A stretch of DNA of 64,000 nucleotides from Nitrosopumilus sp. (GTDB lineage: Archaea; Thermoproteota; Nitrososphaeria; Nitrososphaerales; Nitrosopumilaceae), in the NCBI GenBank assembly GCA_965249555.1, contig OZ252243.1, positions 128,001-192,000 on the forward strand, written 5' to 3'. Position 1 is the stretch's first letter. The number at the start of each line of letters is the position of its first letter. The translations under genes and the position numbers were made by a program. Positions 30,680 through 40,545 of the stretch are shown piece after piece. The notes under the pieces are model-generated. The model had not been told where the DNA came from. It did not search any database and was given only the letters and a program-made list of their open reading frames with translations.

Positions 30680-31078
30680 CTAGGAGTTGGAAGAATTTTT
30701 ATTTTTGATTTTTTCAAGTGATTGATTAAGTTCTTTGATGGCCCATTCAATATCAGACAAATCATCTGCAGATAGGGATTCTTTCCATTTTTCCAAAACA
30801 CTACTTGCAATTTCTGAGCAATTATACAACAAATTCCAATATGGATGATGCTCAGCTGTAGCATATGCAAGTTCTGATACATCATTAAGACCATTTCTTG
30901 CTCTTGCTAAAGATGTAATTTTTTCACCAAATATTTTGACAATATCATTTTCAAGATCGTTTTCAATTTTTAGAGGAATATTTTGTTGTTCATATTTTTT
31001 TGCCAACTCAAGTAAATCATCATAAAAATTTTCAAAGTTAGTCATCTTGACAGTCTCTGATGTTCTGCCAACATACAT
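30680..31078 (-). CDS. Conserved hypothetical protein (start probably MTNFENF, ~31045)
   Basis: Co-oriented ORF within an apparent operon; helical and acidic. Confidence 0.7.
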   Translation of the reverse strand: MYVGRTSETVKMTNFENFYDDLLELAKKYEQQNIPLKIENDLENDIVKIFGEKITSLARARNGLNDVSELAYATAEHHPYWNLLYNCSEIASSVLEKWKESLSADDLSDIEWAIKELNQSLEKIKNKNSSNS

Positions 31079-31464
31079 CTGTTGTAAACTACTTTGATTC
31101 CTTCTTTTCTTGCTAATTCTTCAGCTTCAGAATTGTGTATTCCCTCTTGTAACCAAATTACTTTTGGTTTTTTCTTTATGGCATCTTGGATAACTGGTAG
31201 AACTTGGTCTGAAGGTCTGAATATATCTATAATTTCAATTTCTTCATTTATTTCTAAAACAGAATCATAGCATTTTTTACCCAAAATTTCTTCAGCTGTT
31301 GGATTTACAGGAGTAATATCATATCCATTATCAGACAAATATTTAGGCACATAATGAGCTGCTTTGGAAGAATGCTTAGACATTCCTATAACAACCACTT
31401 TTTTTAAAGAAAGTATATCACGAATTTGTTCATCAGAATTATTATCTTGTTCCACAAAAAACAA
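31042..31464 (-). CDS. CoA-binding protein (YccU-like)
   Basis: VVVIGMS, PVNP, DIFRPS, WLQEGI, NRC. Confidence 0.9.
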   Translation of the reverse strand: MFFVEQDNNSDEQIRDILSLKKVVVIGMSKHSSKAAHYVPKYLSDNGYDITPVNPTAEEILGKKCYDSVLEINEEIEIIDIFRPSDQVLPVIQDAIKKKPKVIWLQEGIHNSEAEELARKEGIKVVYNRCMLAEHQRLSR

Positions 31465-31542
31465 ACAGGCATGCTGAATATAATTTTTAAAGGATTTGCA
31501 AGTAAGCGAAGAATTTTTTAGTCATAGTAAAAGCAATACAAC

Positions 31543-32034
31543 ATGAACGAAGAGTCAAAAGAGATCATAGTACTAGGAGCAATAAAAGCAGGAATTAAAA
31601 AATTTGATAAAATTCAGAAAATAAGACATATTGACCCTGAAGAATTGAATTCAATTTTGGAACAACTGGAAAACAAGGGGTTTATTCGCGTAGAAGAAAA
31701 AAAAGGATTACTAGGGACGAAAGTAGAGATTAGGGTTACTGAAGAAGGCTCCATAGAAGTAGACAAACAAGTTCACGAATTACAGGCAAGGTGGAATCAA
31801 ATGTCTACACTGTACAAAACAAAAGACAAAGAGAATCTAAAACAATACATGGATGATAACAAATCAGTCTTACCCATGATGATATTCTTCGGAGTAATGG
31901 ATATGATGATGTTTTCAATGATGTTTAGTATGATTGGGATGGCAGCATCAGATTATGTTCCATTGGAGAGTATGCCAGAAGGATGGGATGAAACTGTCGG
32001 TGAGGGAGAATTTGATATGGATGTAGGGTTCTAG
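31543..32034 (+). CDS. wHTH (MarR-like) hypothetical protein with Met-rich C-terminus
   Basis: ILEQLENKGFI wing motif. Confidence 0.65.
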   Translation: MNEESKEIIVLGAIKAGIKKFDKIQKIRHIDPEELNSILEQLENKGFIRVEEKKGLLGTKVEIRVTEEGSIEVDKQVHELQARWNQMSTLYKTKDKENLKQYMDDNKSVLPMMIFFGVMDMMMFSMMFSMIGMAASDYVPLESMPEGWDETVGEGEFDMDVGF

Positions 32035-32070
32035 TGTGTATTTTATACTTGAAGTAAAAATAAATCATAG

Positions 32071-33078
32071 TTGATATACAAGTCGTTTGATAATCCAGGA
32101 TTAGTAAAAGTACTTAGATTTTTGCAAACCCACAACACAGAATATCTATCAGGTCAAGATTTGAGTGATGTCTTAAGAATAAGCAGAGTTGCAGTATGGA
32201 AACATATCAAAAAAATTCAGGAGTTAGGGTATATTGTTGAGTCAAAACAGAAACTAGGTTACAAACTAACATCAAACTCTGATGCTCTTTTTCCATGGGA
32301 GATTACTTCAGAACTTGGAACAAAGATAATTGGACAACAAGCTTACTATTTTGATTCAATTGATTCTACTCAAAACCAGGCATTAAAAATTGCAGATGAT
32401 CCTGTAAATAATGGCACCATAATAATTGCAGGAAGACAGACAGGAGGAAAAGGAAGATCTGGAAGAGCGTGGATTTCACCCAAAGGAGGTATTTGGTTTT
32501 CAATAATTTTACATCCAAAATTTGATATTTCTATTACAACTTTATTTCCAATTGCGTCTGCACTAGCATTATCAATAGCAATAGAGAAAACAATGAAAAT
32601 TTCACCAGAATTAAAATGGCCAAATGACTTGACTATCAAAGGCAAAAAGATAGCAGGAATTCTAGTTGATGCATCACTAGAATCAAACAGAATTGAAAAT
32701 ATAGTATTGGGAGTAGGCATAAATTTTGATGTAGATGTAAAACAGATTGAAAAAACACTCGAAGGTTCACCAAATTTTTATGGGATAGCATCACTTAATG
32801 AACAAAAAAACAAAGTCAAAGCAATTCAATTAGTTCAAACGTTTCTGGTGGAACTAGAAAAAATTTATGAATTACTAAATACAAAACAAACAAATAAAAT
32901 CATTTCAGAATGGACTAAAAGATCATCAACAATTGGAAAGAATGTGAAATTAGACACCAGAGATGGGAAAATTAAAGGAAAAGCAATTAAAATTGATGAT
33001 GATGGGGCATTAATTGTATCAGATAACAACAAAACTAACAGAATAATTGCAGGCGATATTATTCATTTATCAAAGTAG
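32071..33078 (+). CDS. birA: Bifunctional biotin ligase/repressor
   Basis: HTH SRVAVWKHI, DSTQ, QTGGKGRSGRAW, KWPND, KIAGIL. Confidence 0.96.
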   Translation: MIYKSFDNPGLVKVLRFLQTHNTEYLSGQDLSDVLRISRVAVWKHIKKIQELGYIVESKQKLGYKLTSNSDALFPWEITSELGTKIIGQQAYYFDSIDSTQNQALKIADDPVNNGTIIIAGRQTGGKGRSGRAWISPKGGIWFSIILHPKFDISITTLFPIASALALSIAIEKTMKISPELKWPNDLTIKGKKIAGILVDASLESNRIENIVLGVGINFDVDVKQIEKTLEGSPNFYGIASLNEQKNKVKAIQLVQTFLVELEKIYELLNTKQTNKIISEWTKRSSTIGKNVKLDTRDGKIKGKAIKIDDDGALIVSDNNKTNRIIAGDIIHLSK

Positions 33079-33079
33079 G

Positions 33080-33424
33080 TTATTTTTTAGTAATTCTGGA
33101 TTTAGTTTTTGTCTTTGATCTTTTTTTTGTTTTAGAAAGCATGGAAGATTGGTGTTCCAGTATTTCTTTGAGATCATTTTGAATGTCAAAAACAGTAGAG
33201 AGTAGTTTCTCTAGAGCAGTAGAATATTGCTCATATGCAGATAATAGTTCAGTTTTCTTTTCATTGGACTTTGATAGATATTCATTTGAGCGTAGCAGAT
33301 TTGCCGAAGTAATTAATTCAGGTATTTCAGATGCCGGATCGCCTAATTGCTTCAAATCTGCTTGAATTTGTTGAATTTTTTTACGCAAGTCATAAACTAA
33401 CTCTCCAGATACAATTGAGGTCAA
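33080..33424 (-). CDS. Coiled-coil hypothetical protein
   Basis: 114-aa helical ORF convergent with birA. Confidence 0.65.
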   Translation of the reverse strand: MTSIVSGELVYDLRKKIQQIQADLKQLGDPASEIPELITSANLLRSNEYLSKSNEKKTELLSAYEQYSTALEKLLSTVFDIQNDLKEILEHQSSMLSKTKKRSKTKTKSRITKK

Positions 33425-33549
33425 TGCAAAAATACGTAATTATGAATAAATTAAAGATTGTCTAACAGCAAAATATTGTTTAATATGAAAATAGTAAATG
33501 TGAGCCTGAATTTAGTATAAAATAGAAATAGACATTAAACAAAGAATCT

Positions 33550-35112
33550 ATGAAAAAATATACAATGATAATTCCTTATTTGTTAGTCATAATTTTATTG
33601 AGTTCATCTGTTCTTATAGGAACAGTATTTGCACAAACAGAAGAAGATACAGAATTAATGTTCAATCAAGCTAATGAGCACTTTGTTAAGAGTGAATACA
33701 AAGAAGCCATAACAATCTATGACAAGATCTTAGAGATCATACCAAACAATATTTCGACTCTAAAAATGAAAGGAATAGCGCAAAGCAATCTTGAATACCA
33801 CACTAATTCATTAAAGCAATTTTTCAAAGTTTTGCAATACAAACCAAATGATGCCACATCATTAACAGGTATGGGAGTGGGATTTGGAAATCTAGGGGAA
33901 TATCAAGAAGCAGCATCATATTTTGACAAGGCATTAAAAGTAAAACCCAATAGCACTGTAATTAAAAATTATAAAGAATTTGTAGAAAAAGTAATTTCAA
34001 AATATCCATACACACCAACTGAGAAACCAGCAGAATTGGAAAAAGAAGATACCATAACTATTCCAGAAGAATTGGAAAAAGAAGATACCATAACTATTCC
34101 AGAAGAATTGGAAAAAGAAGATACCATAACTATTCCAGAATGGGTAGAACCAATAGTAAAATGGTGGTCAGAAGAAAATATTGATGATTCAGAATTTATT
34201 TTAGCTGTATCATACCTAATGGAAAATGAAATAATACAAATTCCACCCATAGAAATACAAAGTATTTCTGAAGACAAAATTCATGAATGGATAAAAAATA
34301 ACATAGGATGGTTGACAGATGAACAAATAGATGATTCAGGTTTTGTTTCAGGTATTGAATATTTAATAGAAAAGGAATTAATTGCTGTAAATGTTCAAGA
34401 TTCAACTCAATTACAAGATTCAACTCAATTACAAGATTCAACTCAATTACAAGATTCAACTCAATTACAAGAACAATTAGATCGTGAATTTTACTTTTTT
34501 GAAAAATATCTTAGAGATATTTCAAAAAATATTTCTAAAGAGACCAGATATATTGAATATCCAAACCCCAGCCAAGATGTGATAAAAAAATTCCTCAGAG
34601 ATTATGTTAAATGGAATTTTGAAGAAGAGGTGAAAAAAGCATCTGCAAAATTTCCCGATCCAACATATGAAGTAATAGATAACATAATCATTATTTACTA
34701 CAAAGTATTCATCAATGATCAACCAACTGGACTTCCATTAGATCATGTCAGTACATTAGAAGACTCTTTTGCATTTTGGAAAGAACAAGATTTGAATATT
34801 AACAATCAAACAGCTAAAATACAATTTGAAATTACAAGTTCAAAATATGAAGCAAATGTTTGGATAACTTGGGTAGTTCGAGATCTTGGAGCAGGGGTTC
34901 TGGGACATGCACATATTGGAAAAGGAGTTGTAGAAGTAACATTAGGAGATTACAATTGTGATGGAAGTTTTCAATTGTATAATGTTAAAAGTGTCGAGAC
35001 AATCATGACACACGAATTAGGACATTCTATTGGTTTGAAACACGTTACAGAACAAAGTAATATCATGTATCCATCATATACTCCATCGTATGCATATTGT
35101 CTTCTAAGTTGA
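33550..35112 (+). CDS. Secreted TPR + matrixin (M10-like) zinc metalloprotease
   Basis: Signal peptide, TPR repeats, IPEW...WW modules, HELGHSIGLKH and Met-turn IMYP. Confidence 0.88.
   Translation: MKKYTMIIPYLLVIILLSSSVLIGTVFAQTEEDTELMFNQANEHFVKSEYKEAITIYDKILEIIPNNISTLKMKGIAQSNLEYHTNSLKQFFKVLQYKPNDATSLTGMGVGFGNLGEYQEAASYFDKALKVKPNSTVIKNYKEFVEKVISKYPYTPTEKPAELEKEDTITIPEELEKEDTITIPEELEKEDTITIPEWVEPIVKWWSEENIDDSEFILAVSYLMENEIIQIPPIEIQSISEDKIHEWIKNNIGWLTDEQIDDSGFVSGIEYLIEKELIAVNVQDSTQLQDSTQLQDSTQLQDSTQLQEQLDREFYFFEKYLRDISKNISKETRYIEYPNPSQDVIKKFLRDYVKWNFEEEVKKASAKFPDPTYEVIDNIIIIYYKVFINDQPTGLPLDHVSTLEDSFAFWKEQDLNINNQTAKIQFEITSSKYEANVWITWVVRDLGAGVLGHAHIGKGVVEVTLGDYNCDGSFQLYNVKSVETIMTHELGHSIGLKHVTEQSNIMYPSYTPSYAYCLLS
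34033..34140 (+). repeat. 3 x 36-bp in-frame tandem repeat (ELEKEDTITIPE)
   Basis: gaattggaaaaagaagataccataactattccagaa repeated exactly. Confidence 0.95.
34396..34467 (+). repeat. 4 x 18-bp in-frame tandem repeat (QDSTQL)
   Basis: caagattcaactcaatta x4. Confidence 0.95.
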
Positions 35113-35233
35113 ATTTGTAAAAATATGATTATATTCTAAAAAATTAGAATAAAGATTAGCTTCACCTACACACAATTAACCTGTGGAGATTAGGTAAAAC
35201 GAATAATAGTCTAACTAATCATTTTTTGTAATT

Positions 35234-36145
35234 ATGCTTAAAAATACAACTGCTATTGGGCCTAAATGTCCAGCCTGTGGAGGTAGAAAAATGATCACAG
35301 ATCAAAGTACAGGAGAGTTGTGTTGTGAAAAATGTGGATTTGTGGCTACAGACAAAATTTCAGATACAGGTGCTGAATGGCGTTCATTTGCAAATGATGA
35401 AAGCAGCAGAGCCAGAACAGGAGCTGGAACTTCATTAACAATACACGATATGGGCTTGTCTACAATAATTGGTAAAGCCAACAAAGATTCAACAGGAAAA
35501 CCACTATCTTCAAGTGTAAAGAGTTCTATTGAAAGACTGAGGACATGGGACAGTAGATCACAAGCACATTCTTCTGCAGATAGAAATCTCAGACAAGCAC
35601 TTAATGAAATGGATAAACTAAAAGACAAACTTGCGTTAACAAATGCAGTAATAGAAAAAGCTGCTTACATTTACAGAAAAGCAATGGAGAGAAAATTAGT
35701 CAGAGGTCGTTCAATTCAAGGATTAGTCGCAGCATGCATTTATGCATCATGTAGAAATACAGAAACACCTAGAACTTTGGATGACATTGCTAAAGGAATC
35801 AATATTAGAAGAAAAGAAGTTGCCAGAGGTTATAGATTAATTTTCAGAGAACTTGATCTGAAAATGCCAGTAGTTGATCCAGTAAAAGGAGTTTCTAGGA
35901 TTGCAAGTATTGCAGAATTAAGTGAGAAAAGCAAGCGCAAAGCAATCATAATTTTAAATCAAGCGAAAAAAATTGGTTTAGTTGCAGGAAAGGATCCAAT
36001 GGGAATAGCCGCTGCTGCGCTATATCTTGCATGTATCAGTACAGGAGAAACAAAATCACAAAAAGATATTTCAATTGCATCGGGAGTTACTGAAGTAACT
36101 ATAAGAAACAGATGCGCAGGATTGAGAAAAATGCTTAATGATTAG
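35234..36145 (+). CDS. tfb: Transcription initiation factor IIB
   Basis: CPAC...CEKCG zinc ribbon, AEWRSF, HDMGLST, cyclin repeats, GVTEVTIRNR. Confidence 0.96.
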   Translation: MLKNTTAIGPKCPACGGRKMITDQSTGELCCEKCGFVATDKISDTGAEWRSFANDESSRARTGAGTSLTIHDMGLSTIIGKANKDSTGKPLSSSVKSSIERLRTWDSRSQAHSSADRNLRQALNEMDKLKDKLALTNAVIEKAAYIYRKAMERKLVRGRSIQGLVAACIYASCRNTETPRTLDDIAKGINIRRKEVARGYRLIFRELDLKMPVVDPVKGVSRIASIAELSEKSKRKAIIILNQAKKIGLVAGKDPMGIAAAALYLACISTGETKSQKDISIASGVTEVTIRNRCAGLRKMLND

Positions 36146-36534
36146 AATGTCTTCATAGGGGTTTTTTTCAGAGGTTCGATAATTTTAAGAATTTTAAAGG
36201 AAAGTTTGCCAAAATCAGTCTCTTTTTCACACGATATCAACATTACATCATAATTAGTTAAGGGGAAACTCATTACAATGACTTTATCTCTATAAGACAT
36301 AGAAAAGTGAACTATGCCAAATTCATTATCAAATTCATGCCTCATTCTTACACGTAAAGAAAGTTCCATGAACATCATTTCATCTTGTTTTTGAGCTTCA
36401 AGTGAGAGCAAGCCTTCCTTCATCCCACCAGACACCAAATGACCTCGACTGTTGATGATTCTGGCTGAACGCATCTTGGAATCTAATTTAATGATTTTCT
36501 GACAGATTTTTTCAAGCTTTTCTACATCAACCAT
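36142..36534 (-). CDS. Roadblock/DUF6659-like thaumarchaeal protein
   Basis: RSARIINSRGHLVSGG...; similar to 41641-42039. Confidence 0.7.
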   Translation of the reverse strand: MVDVEKLEKICQKIIKLDSKMRSARIINSRGHLVSGGMKEGLLSLEAQKQDEMMFMELSLRVRMRHEFDNEFGIVHFSMSYRDKVIVMSFPLTNYDVMLISCEKETDFGKLSFKILKIIEPLKKTPMKTF

Positions 36535-36587
36535 TTGTATAGTTAAACAAGCGATCTATTTATTGCGATCTGTGTTATTAGATATCT

Positions 36588-37166
36588 GTGCAATCAGAAT
36601 CACCTAAAAATATAACCGATTATTACAAACATTTGTCCCTTTTCTGGACAGACATCATTCATTTGATGTCAAGTAAGCCACAAGCACTAACATCAATTGG
36701 TCCAATGAGAGCATTTGCTGCAAATTCAAAAAAAATTACTACAGAGTTAATTGACATCAATGAGACATTATTTGGATTTAATCAATATCTTACAGAATAC
36801 TACAAACAGCTCTCAGATACTTGGAAAGATGCACAAAAGAAAGTCAATCTAAAAGCCCCAGAAGTTCCTCAAGATGTAGAGCAAATTGAAGCATTCAAAA
36901 GAATTTGGATAGATATTTTCGATAATGATTTTACAGAATTGTTTGATTCTAAAAAATTTGGTGAAAACTATGGAAGACTAGTTTCAAAAGAGCTTGAATT
37001 AACTAAACATTGGAATAACATCACTAATGTAATTTTACAATCAGCTAATCTTCCAAGTAAAGAAGAGATGGATGAAGTGTACAAAGAAATTCATTCTCTT
37101 AAAAGAAGAGTTGTCAGACTAGAGTTAGAATCAAAGAAAAGGGAAGCGAAAAAAAATGCAACCTGA
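36588..37166 (+). CDS. phaE: Class III PHA synthase subunit PhaE
   Basis: C-terminal NLPSKEEMDEVYKEIHSLKRRV; overlaps phaC. Confidence 0.85.
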   Translation: MQSESPKNITDYYKHLSLFWTDIIHLMSSKPQALTSIGPMRAFAANSKKITTELIDINETLFGFNQYLTEYYKQLSDTWKDAQKKVNLKAPEVPQDVEQIEAFKRIWIDIFDNDFTELFDSKKFGENYGRLVSKELELTKHWNNITNVILQSANLPSKEEMDEVYKEIHSLKRRVVRLELESKKREAKKNAT

Positions 37167-38220
37167 ATCAAAAATAGACCCAAAAATAATTGAAGAGATT
37201 TTAAAATTCAGTAATAATGTCATTAAAGCCCCAGAGTTAGTTGCAGCACCTGATGAAATTAGTTTGGAAGTAACAGAACATGATATTGTACTGGAGATAG
37301 ATAAAACAAGACTATTACATTACAAACCGCTTACAGAAAAACAACATAAAACACCATTGTTAATTTCATATGCATTAATTAACAGATACCACATACTTGA
37401 TATCCATCCAGAAAAAAGTTGGGTTAGAAATCTTCTGCAACAGGGATTTGATGTATACATGCTTGACTGGGGAACACCAACTAGTATGGACAAATATCTT
37501 GATTTTGATGATTATGTAAATGGGTATTTGGATTCTTGTGTAGAATATATCAAAAATGAATCATCTGTTGAAAAAATTTCATTACAAGGATATTGTACCG
37601 GGGGAACAATAGCAACGGCATACATCACATTGCATCCAGAAAGTGTAAAAAACTATGTCGCAACAGCCCCAGTAATTGATGGATGGAGAGACACTACAGT
37701 GATTAGCAATCTTGCAAAACACATGGATGTGGATAAAATGGTAGAAACCATAGGAAATATGCCACCTGAATTCATGTACTATTGTTTTTCAGTCCTTAAA
37801 CCATTTGAGCAGGGAATTGAAAAATATGTCAAGTTTTTCAAAAATATAGATAATAAAAAATATGTTGATAATTTCCTCAGAGTTGAAAAATGGCTAGGAG
37901 ACACACCTCCCATTCCTGGCGCGTTGTTCAAACAGTGGATAAAAGACATCTATCAAGATAATTTACTCATTCAAAACAAGATGTACGTAGGGGGGGAACA
38001 CATAGATTTGAAAAAAATCGATATGCCACTTTTTACACAAGTTGCAGTAGGGGATCATTTGGTATCACCTGAATGTAGCATGCCACTTCATTATGCGGTA
38101 GGTAGTGAAGATAAAACGTTGAGAATGTATCCAACAGGACATGTTGGAATGATTGCAAGTTCATTGTCTCAGAAAAAAGTACTGCCTGAGCTAGGACAGT
38201 GGTTAGCTAAAAGATCATAA
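37156..38220 (+). CDS. phaC: Class III PHA synthase subunit PhaC
   Basis: YALINRYHILD, DWG, GYCTGG lipase box, DHLV, GHVG. Confidence 0.95.
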   Translation: MQPESKIDPKIIEEILKFSNNVIKAPELVAAPDEISLEVTEHDIVLEIDKTRLLHYKPLTEKQHKTPLLISYALINRYHILDIHPEKSWVRNLLQQGFDVYMLDWGTPTSMDKYLDFDDYVNGYLDSCVEYIKNESSVEKISLQGYCTGGTIATAYITLHPESVKNYVATAPVIDGWRDTTVISNLAKHMDVDKMVETIGNMPPEFMYYCFSVLKPFEQGIEKYVKFFKNIDNKKYVDNFLRVEKWLGDTPPIPGALFKQWIKDIYQDNLLIQNKMYVGGEHIDLKKIDMPLFTQVAVGDHLVSPECSMPLHYAVGSEDKTLRMYPTGHVGMIASSLSQKKVLPELGQWLAKRS

Positions 38221-38261
38221 AATAAAATTGATAAAAAAAAGAAAAAAAGAAAGTTTTGCCA

Positions 38262-38690
38262 CTAGTTATTCTTCGTGGTGAATGCAGAAATCCAAGATTG
38301 TAGAATGCTTCTGTTTAGGTCAGCAAATGATTTTGCATTATCGTTGAATGTTTTAATATTTTGTTGTGTTGCATCGATGGTTGCAAGTGCTACTTGATTT
38401 TGTATTGAAGCTGCCTTGACAATTTCTTCTGTTGTATCATGAATTACTTTTAATGTTGCTTCAGGAATGTTAGTTGCGATACCTGCTTTCTTTACATATT
38501 CTTTTTGTAGTGCAATAGTTGAATCAACTATGTTTTCATATGCTTGTAGGTATTCCTGTTGTACATTAGTAATGGATTGATGATATTGTGGTACGGATTG
38601 TTTAATACCATTGAAGAGTTTGTCTACATTTTGCTGATATACAGAAAATACATCTTTTGAATTTCTGGTTGTTGTTGTTTCGTTACTCAT
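38262..38690 (-). CDS. phaP: Probable phasin (PHA granule protein)
   Basis: Gln/Thr-rich amphipathic helical protein next to phaEC. Confidence 0.65.
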   Translation of the reverse strand: MSNETTTTRNSKDVFSVYQQNVDKLFNGIKQSVPQYHQSITNVQQEYLQAYENIVDSTIALQKEYVKKAGIATNIPEATLKVIHDTTEEIVKAASIQNQVALATIDATQQNIKTFNDNAKSFADLNRSILQSWISAFTTKNN

Positions 38691-39112
38691 TGTTTCACCT
38701 CCTTATTTTTTGATTTTTTTGCTATTGGCAGGATAATTACTTGAACCAAGTCGCCGTCTCCCAAACCAAGTGCATTACGTTCAGCTTCAGGGATTGAGAT
38801 TCGCCCATTACTACTGATGGTAGTTTTGTAAGCACCCCAATTCATGAAGGATGGAAGCATTTGTCCGATGTTAAACATTGTATCCATACTTTTACTTTGC
38901 ATGGATGACATGTTTTGCATCATATTGGATTGAGTTTGTCTAGTACTGTCAGAAACTTCTCTTAGAGTATCTAAGGGATTGAATGTTTGGCTGGTTTGAT
39001 TGGTCATCAAAGAGCCAAAATTTTTAATAAATTCTGTTTGAGCACGTCCACTTTTTTGGATCCAGTCCTTGAACATTTCAGTTGGATCATACTGGTAATT
39101 ATTACCACTCAT
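38687..39112 (-). CDS. AbrB-domain regulator (PhaR-like)
   Basis: C-terminal SSNGRISIPEAERNALGLGDGDLVQV; coupled to the phasin gene. Confidence 0.8.
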   Translation of the reverse strand: MSGNNYQYDPTEMFKDWIQKSGRAQTEFIKNFGSLMTNQTSQTFNPLDTLREVSDSTRQTQSNMMQNMSSMQSKSMDTMFNIGQMLPSFMNWGAYKTTISSNGRISIPEAERNALGLGDGDLVQVIILPIAKKSKNKEVKQ

Positions 39113-39148
39113 TGGTAATTAATGGATTTAAGAGGTATATAAATCCAT

Positions 39149-39943
39149 CTAGACGTTATTCAAAAACTCCTTTACTTTAGAGGCAAAAGTGAAGGGGTCA
39201 TGAACATATGGCGTATGACCACATCCATCCATTCTAAAAAATCGACAATCCTGAATTGTGGATACAAAACTATCTGCATAATGAATTGGAATAACAGGAT
39301 CATTGGAACCCCAAATAATCATGGTGGGGGTAGAAATTGTTTGAAGTTTAGACGTGATTAATTCGGAGTTTTTTATTCCTAGTAATGTAGACATGAAAGC
39401 AAGTTTTGCATTAGGTAATCGCATTCTTTCTATAAATCCATTAACAACTACTTTAGTGATATTTTTTCCAGAACCTTCCATCAATTCAAATGCATTTTTT
39501 GCATTTGTTTCATTTGGATATAGTGCTGCCATGATATATGCATCAAGTGCAGGAGTAGATTGCCTCATAACTCCAGAAGGAGAAACAAGAATAAGTTTTT
39601 CAATGTCTTGAGAATGAGAAACTGCAAATTCAGCACATATTTGTCCCCCTAATGAAGAACCAATTAGATTAGGTCGTGCAATATCAGAGGCAACTAAAAA
39701 TTGTTGCAGAAAATCTGAAAAGAATTCAAGAGTGTAGTCTACAAGAGGTTTATCACTATAACCAAACCCAATAAGATCAGGAACAACAACACGAAATTCA
39801 TCTGCAAAAAGAGGAATTACTTGATCCCATCTTTCAGCAGATGCTCCCAATCCATGAACAAGTACAAGTGTTTTTTTAGAATCACCAGACTCCAGATAAC
39901 GGATCTTGTTTCCATCTATCTGAAGGAATTTTTCTTCCAACAT
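39149..39943 (-). CDS. Alpha/beta hydrolase
   Basis: VHGLG, PDLIGFGYSD, GSSLGG, WGSNDPVI, CGH. Confidence 0.9.
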   Translation of the reverse strand: MLEEKFLQIDGNKIRYLESGDSKKTLVLVHGLGASAERWDQVIPLFADEFRVVVPDLIGFGYSDKPLVDYTLEFFSDFLQQFLVASDIARPNLIGSSLGGQICAEFAVSHSQDIEKLILVSPSGVMRQSTPALDAYIMAALYPNETNAKNAFELMEGSGKNITKVVVNGFIERMRLPNAKLAFMSTLLGIKNSELITSKLQTISTPTMIIWGSNDPVIPIHYADSFVSTIQDCRFFRMDGCGHTPYVHDPFTFASKVKEFLNNV

Positions 39944-40037
39944 TTAATCGTCAATTATTATCACTAGATAAGTTTTAGTTAATTTAGCGATCAAATACAT
40001 TTATGGTTTTTTGATATATTCAAAATTAAAGTAATTT

Positions 40038-40493
40038 TTATGATAAACCGTGTTTCTTGAAATATTTTTGGTGATATTCTTCTGCAGCATAGAATGTAGG
40101 AGTAGGAATAATTTCAGTAACAATAGGATGTTCATACCGTCCGGATTTGTCAAGTGTTTGTTTTGACTTTTCAGCGATTTCTTTTTGTTCATCATTGTGA
40201 TAAAAAATTGCTGAACGATATTGAATTCCAATATCAGGTCCTTGGCGATTCAATGTTGTGGGGTTGTGATTATTCCAAAATACATCAAGAAGGTCTTCAT
40301 AAGATATTTCATTAGGATCGTATTCTACTTCCACAGCTTCGACATGTCCTGTTTTATCTGTACATACTTCTTCATATGTTGGATGGGGTAATTGGCCACC
40401 AATGTATCCTACTTTGGTAGACTTGATACCCCTAGTTTTACCAAGTAAATCTTCAACATGCCAAAAACACCCTGCACCAAATGTTGCTTTCAA
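40038..40493 (-). CDS. msrA: Peptide methionine sulfoxide reductase A
   Basis: GCFW, YEEVC..TGH.E, RQGPDIG.QYRS, AEEYHQKY. Confidence 0.97.
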   Translation of the reverse strand: MKATFGAGCFWHVEDLLGKTRGIKSTKVGYIGGQLPHPTYEEVCTDKTGHVEAVEVEYDPNEISYEDLLDVFWNNHNPTTLNRQGPDIGIQYRSAIFYHNDEQKEIAEKSKQTLDKSGRYEHPIVTEIIPTPTFYAAEEYHQKYFKKHGLS

Positions 40494-40545
40494 TTCAATT
40501 AATGTGAATGTATATCAAATTAAAACTATTTGTTAAAATTGAGAA

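Noticed and set aside
34033-34467. Regular repeats as a possible CRISPR array
   Set aside because: Head-to-tail in-frame repeats with no unique spacers, inside a CDS; no cas genes in the window
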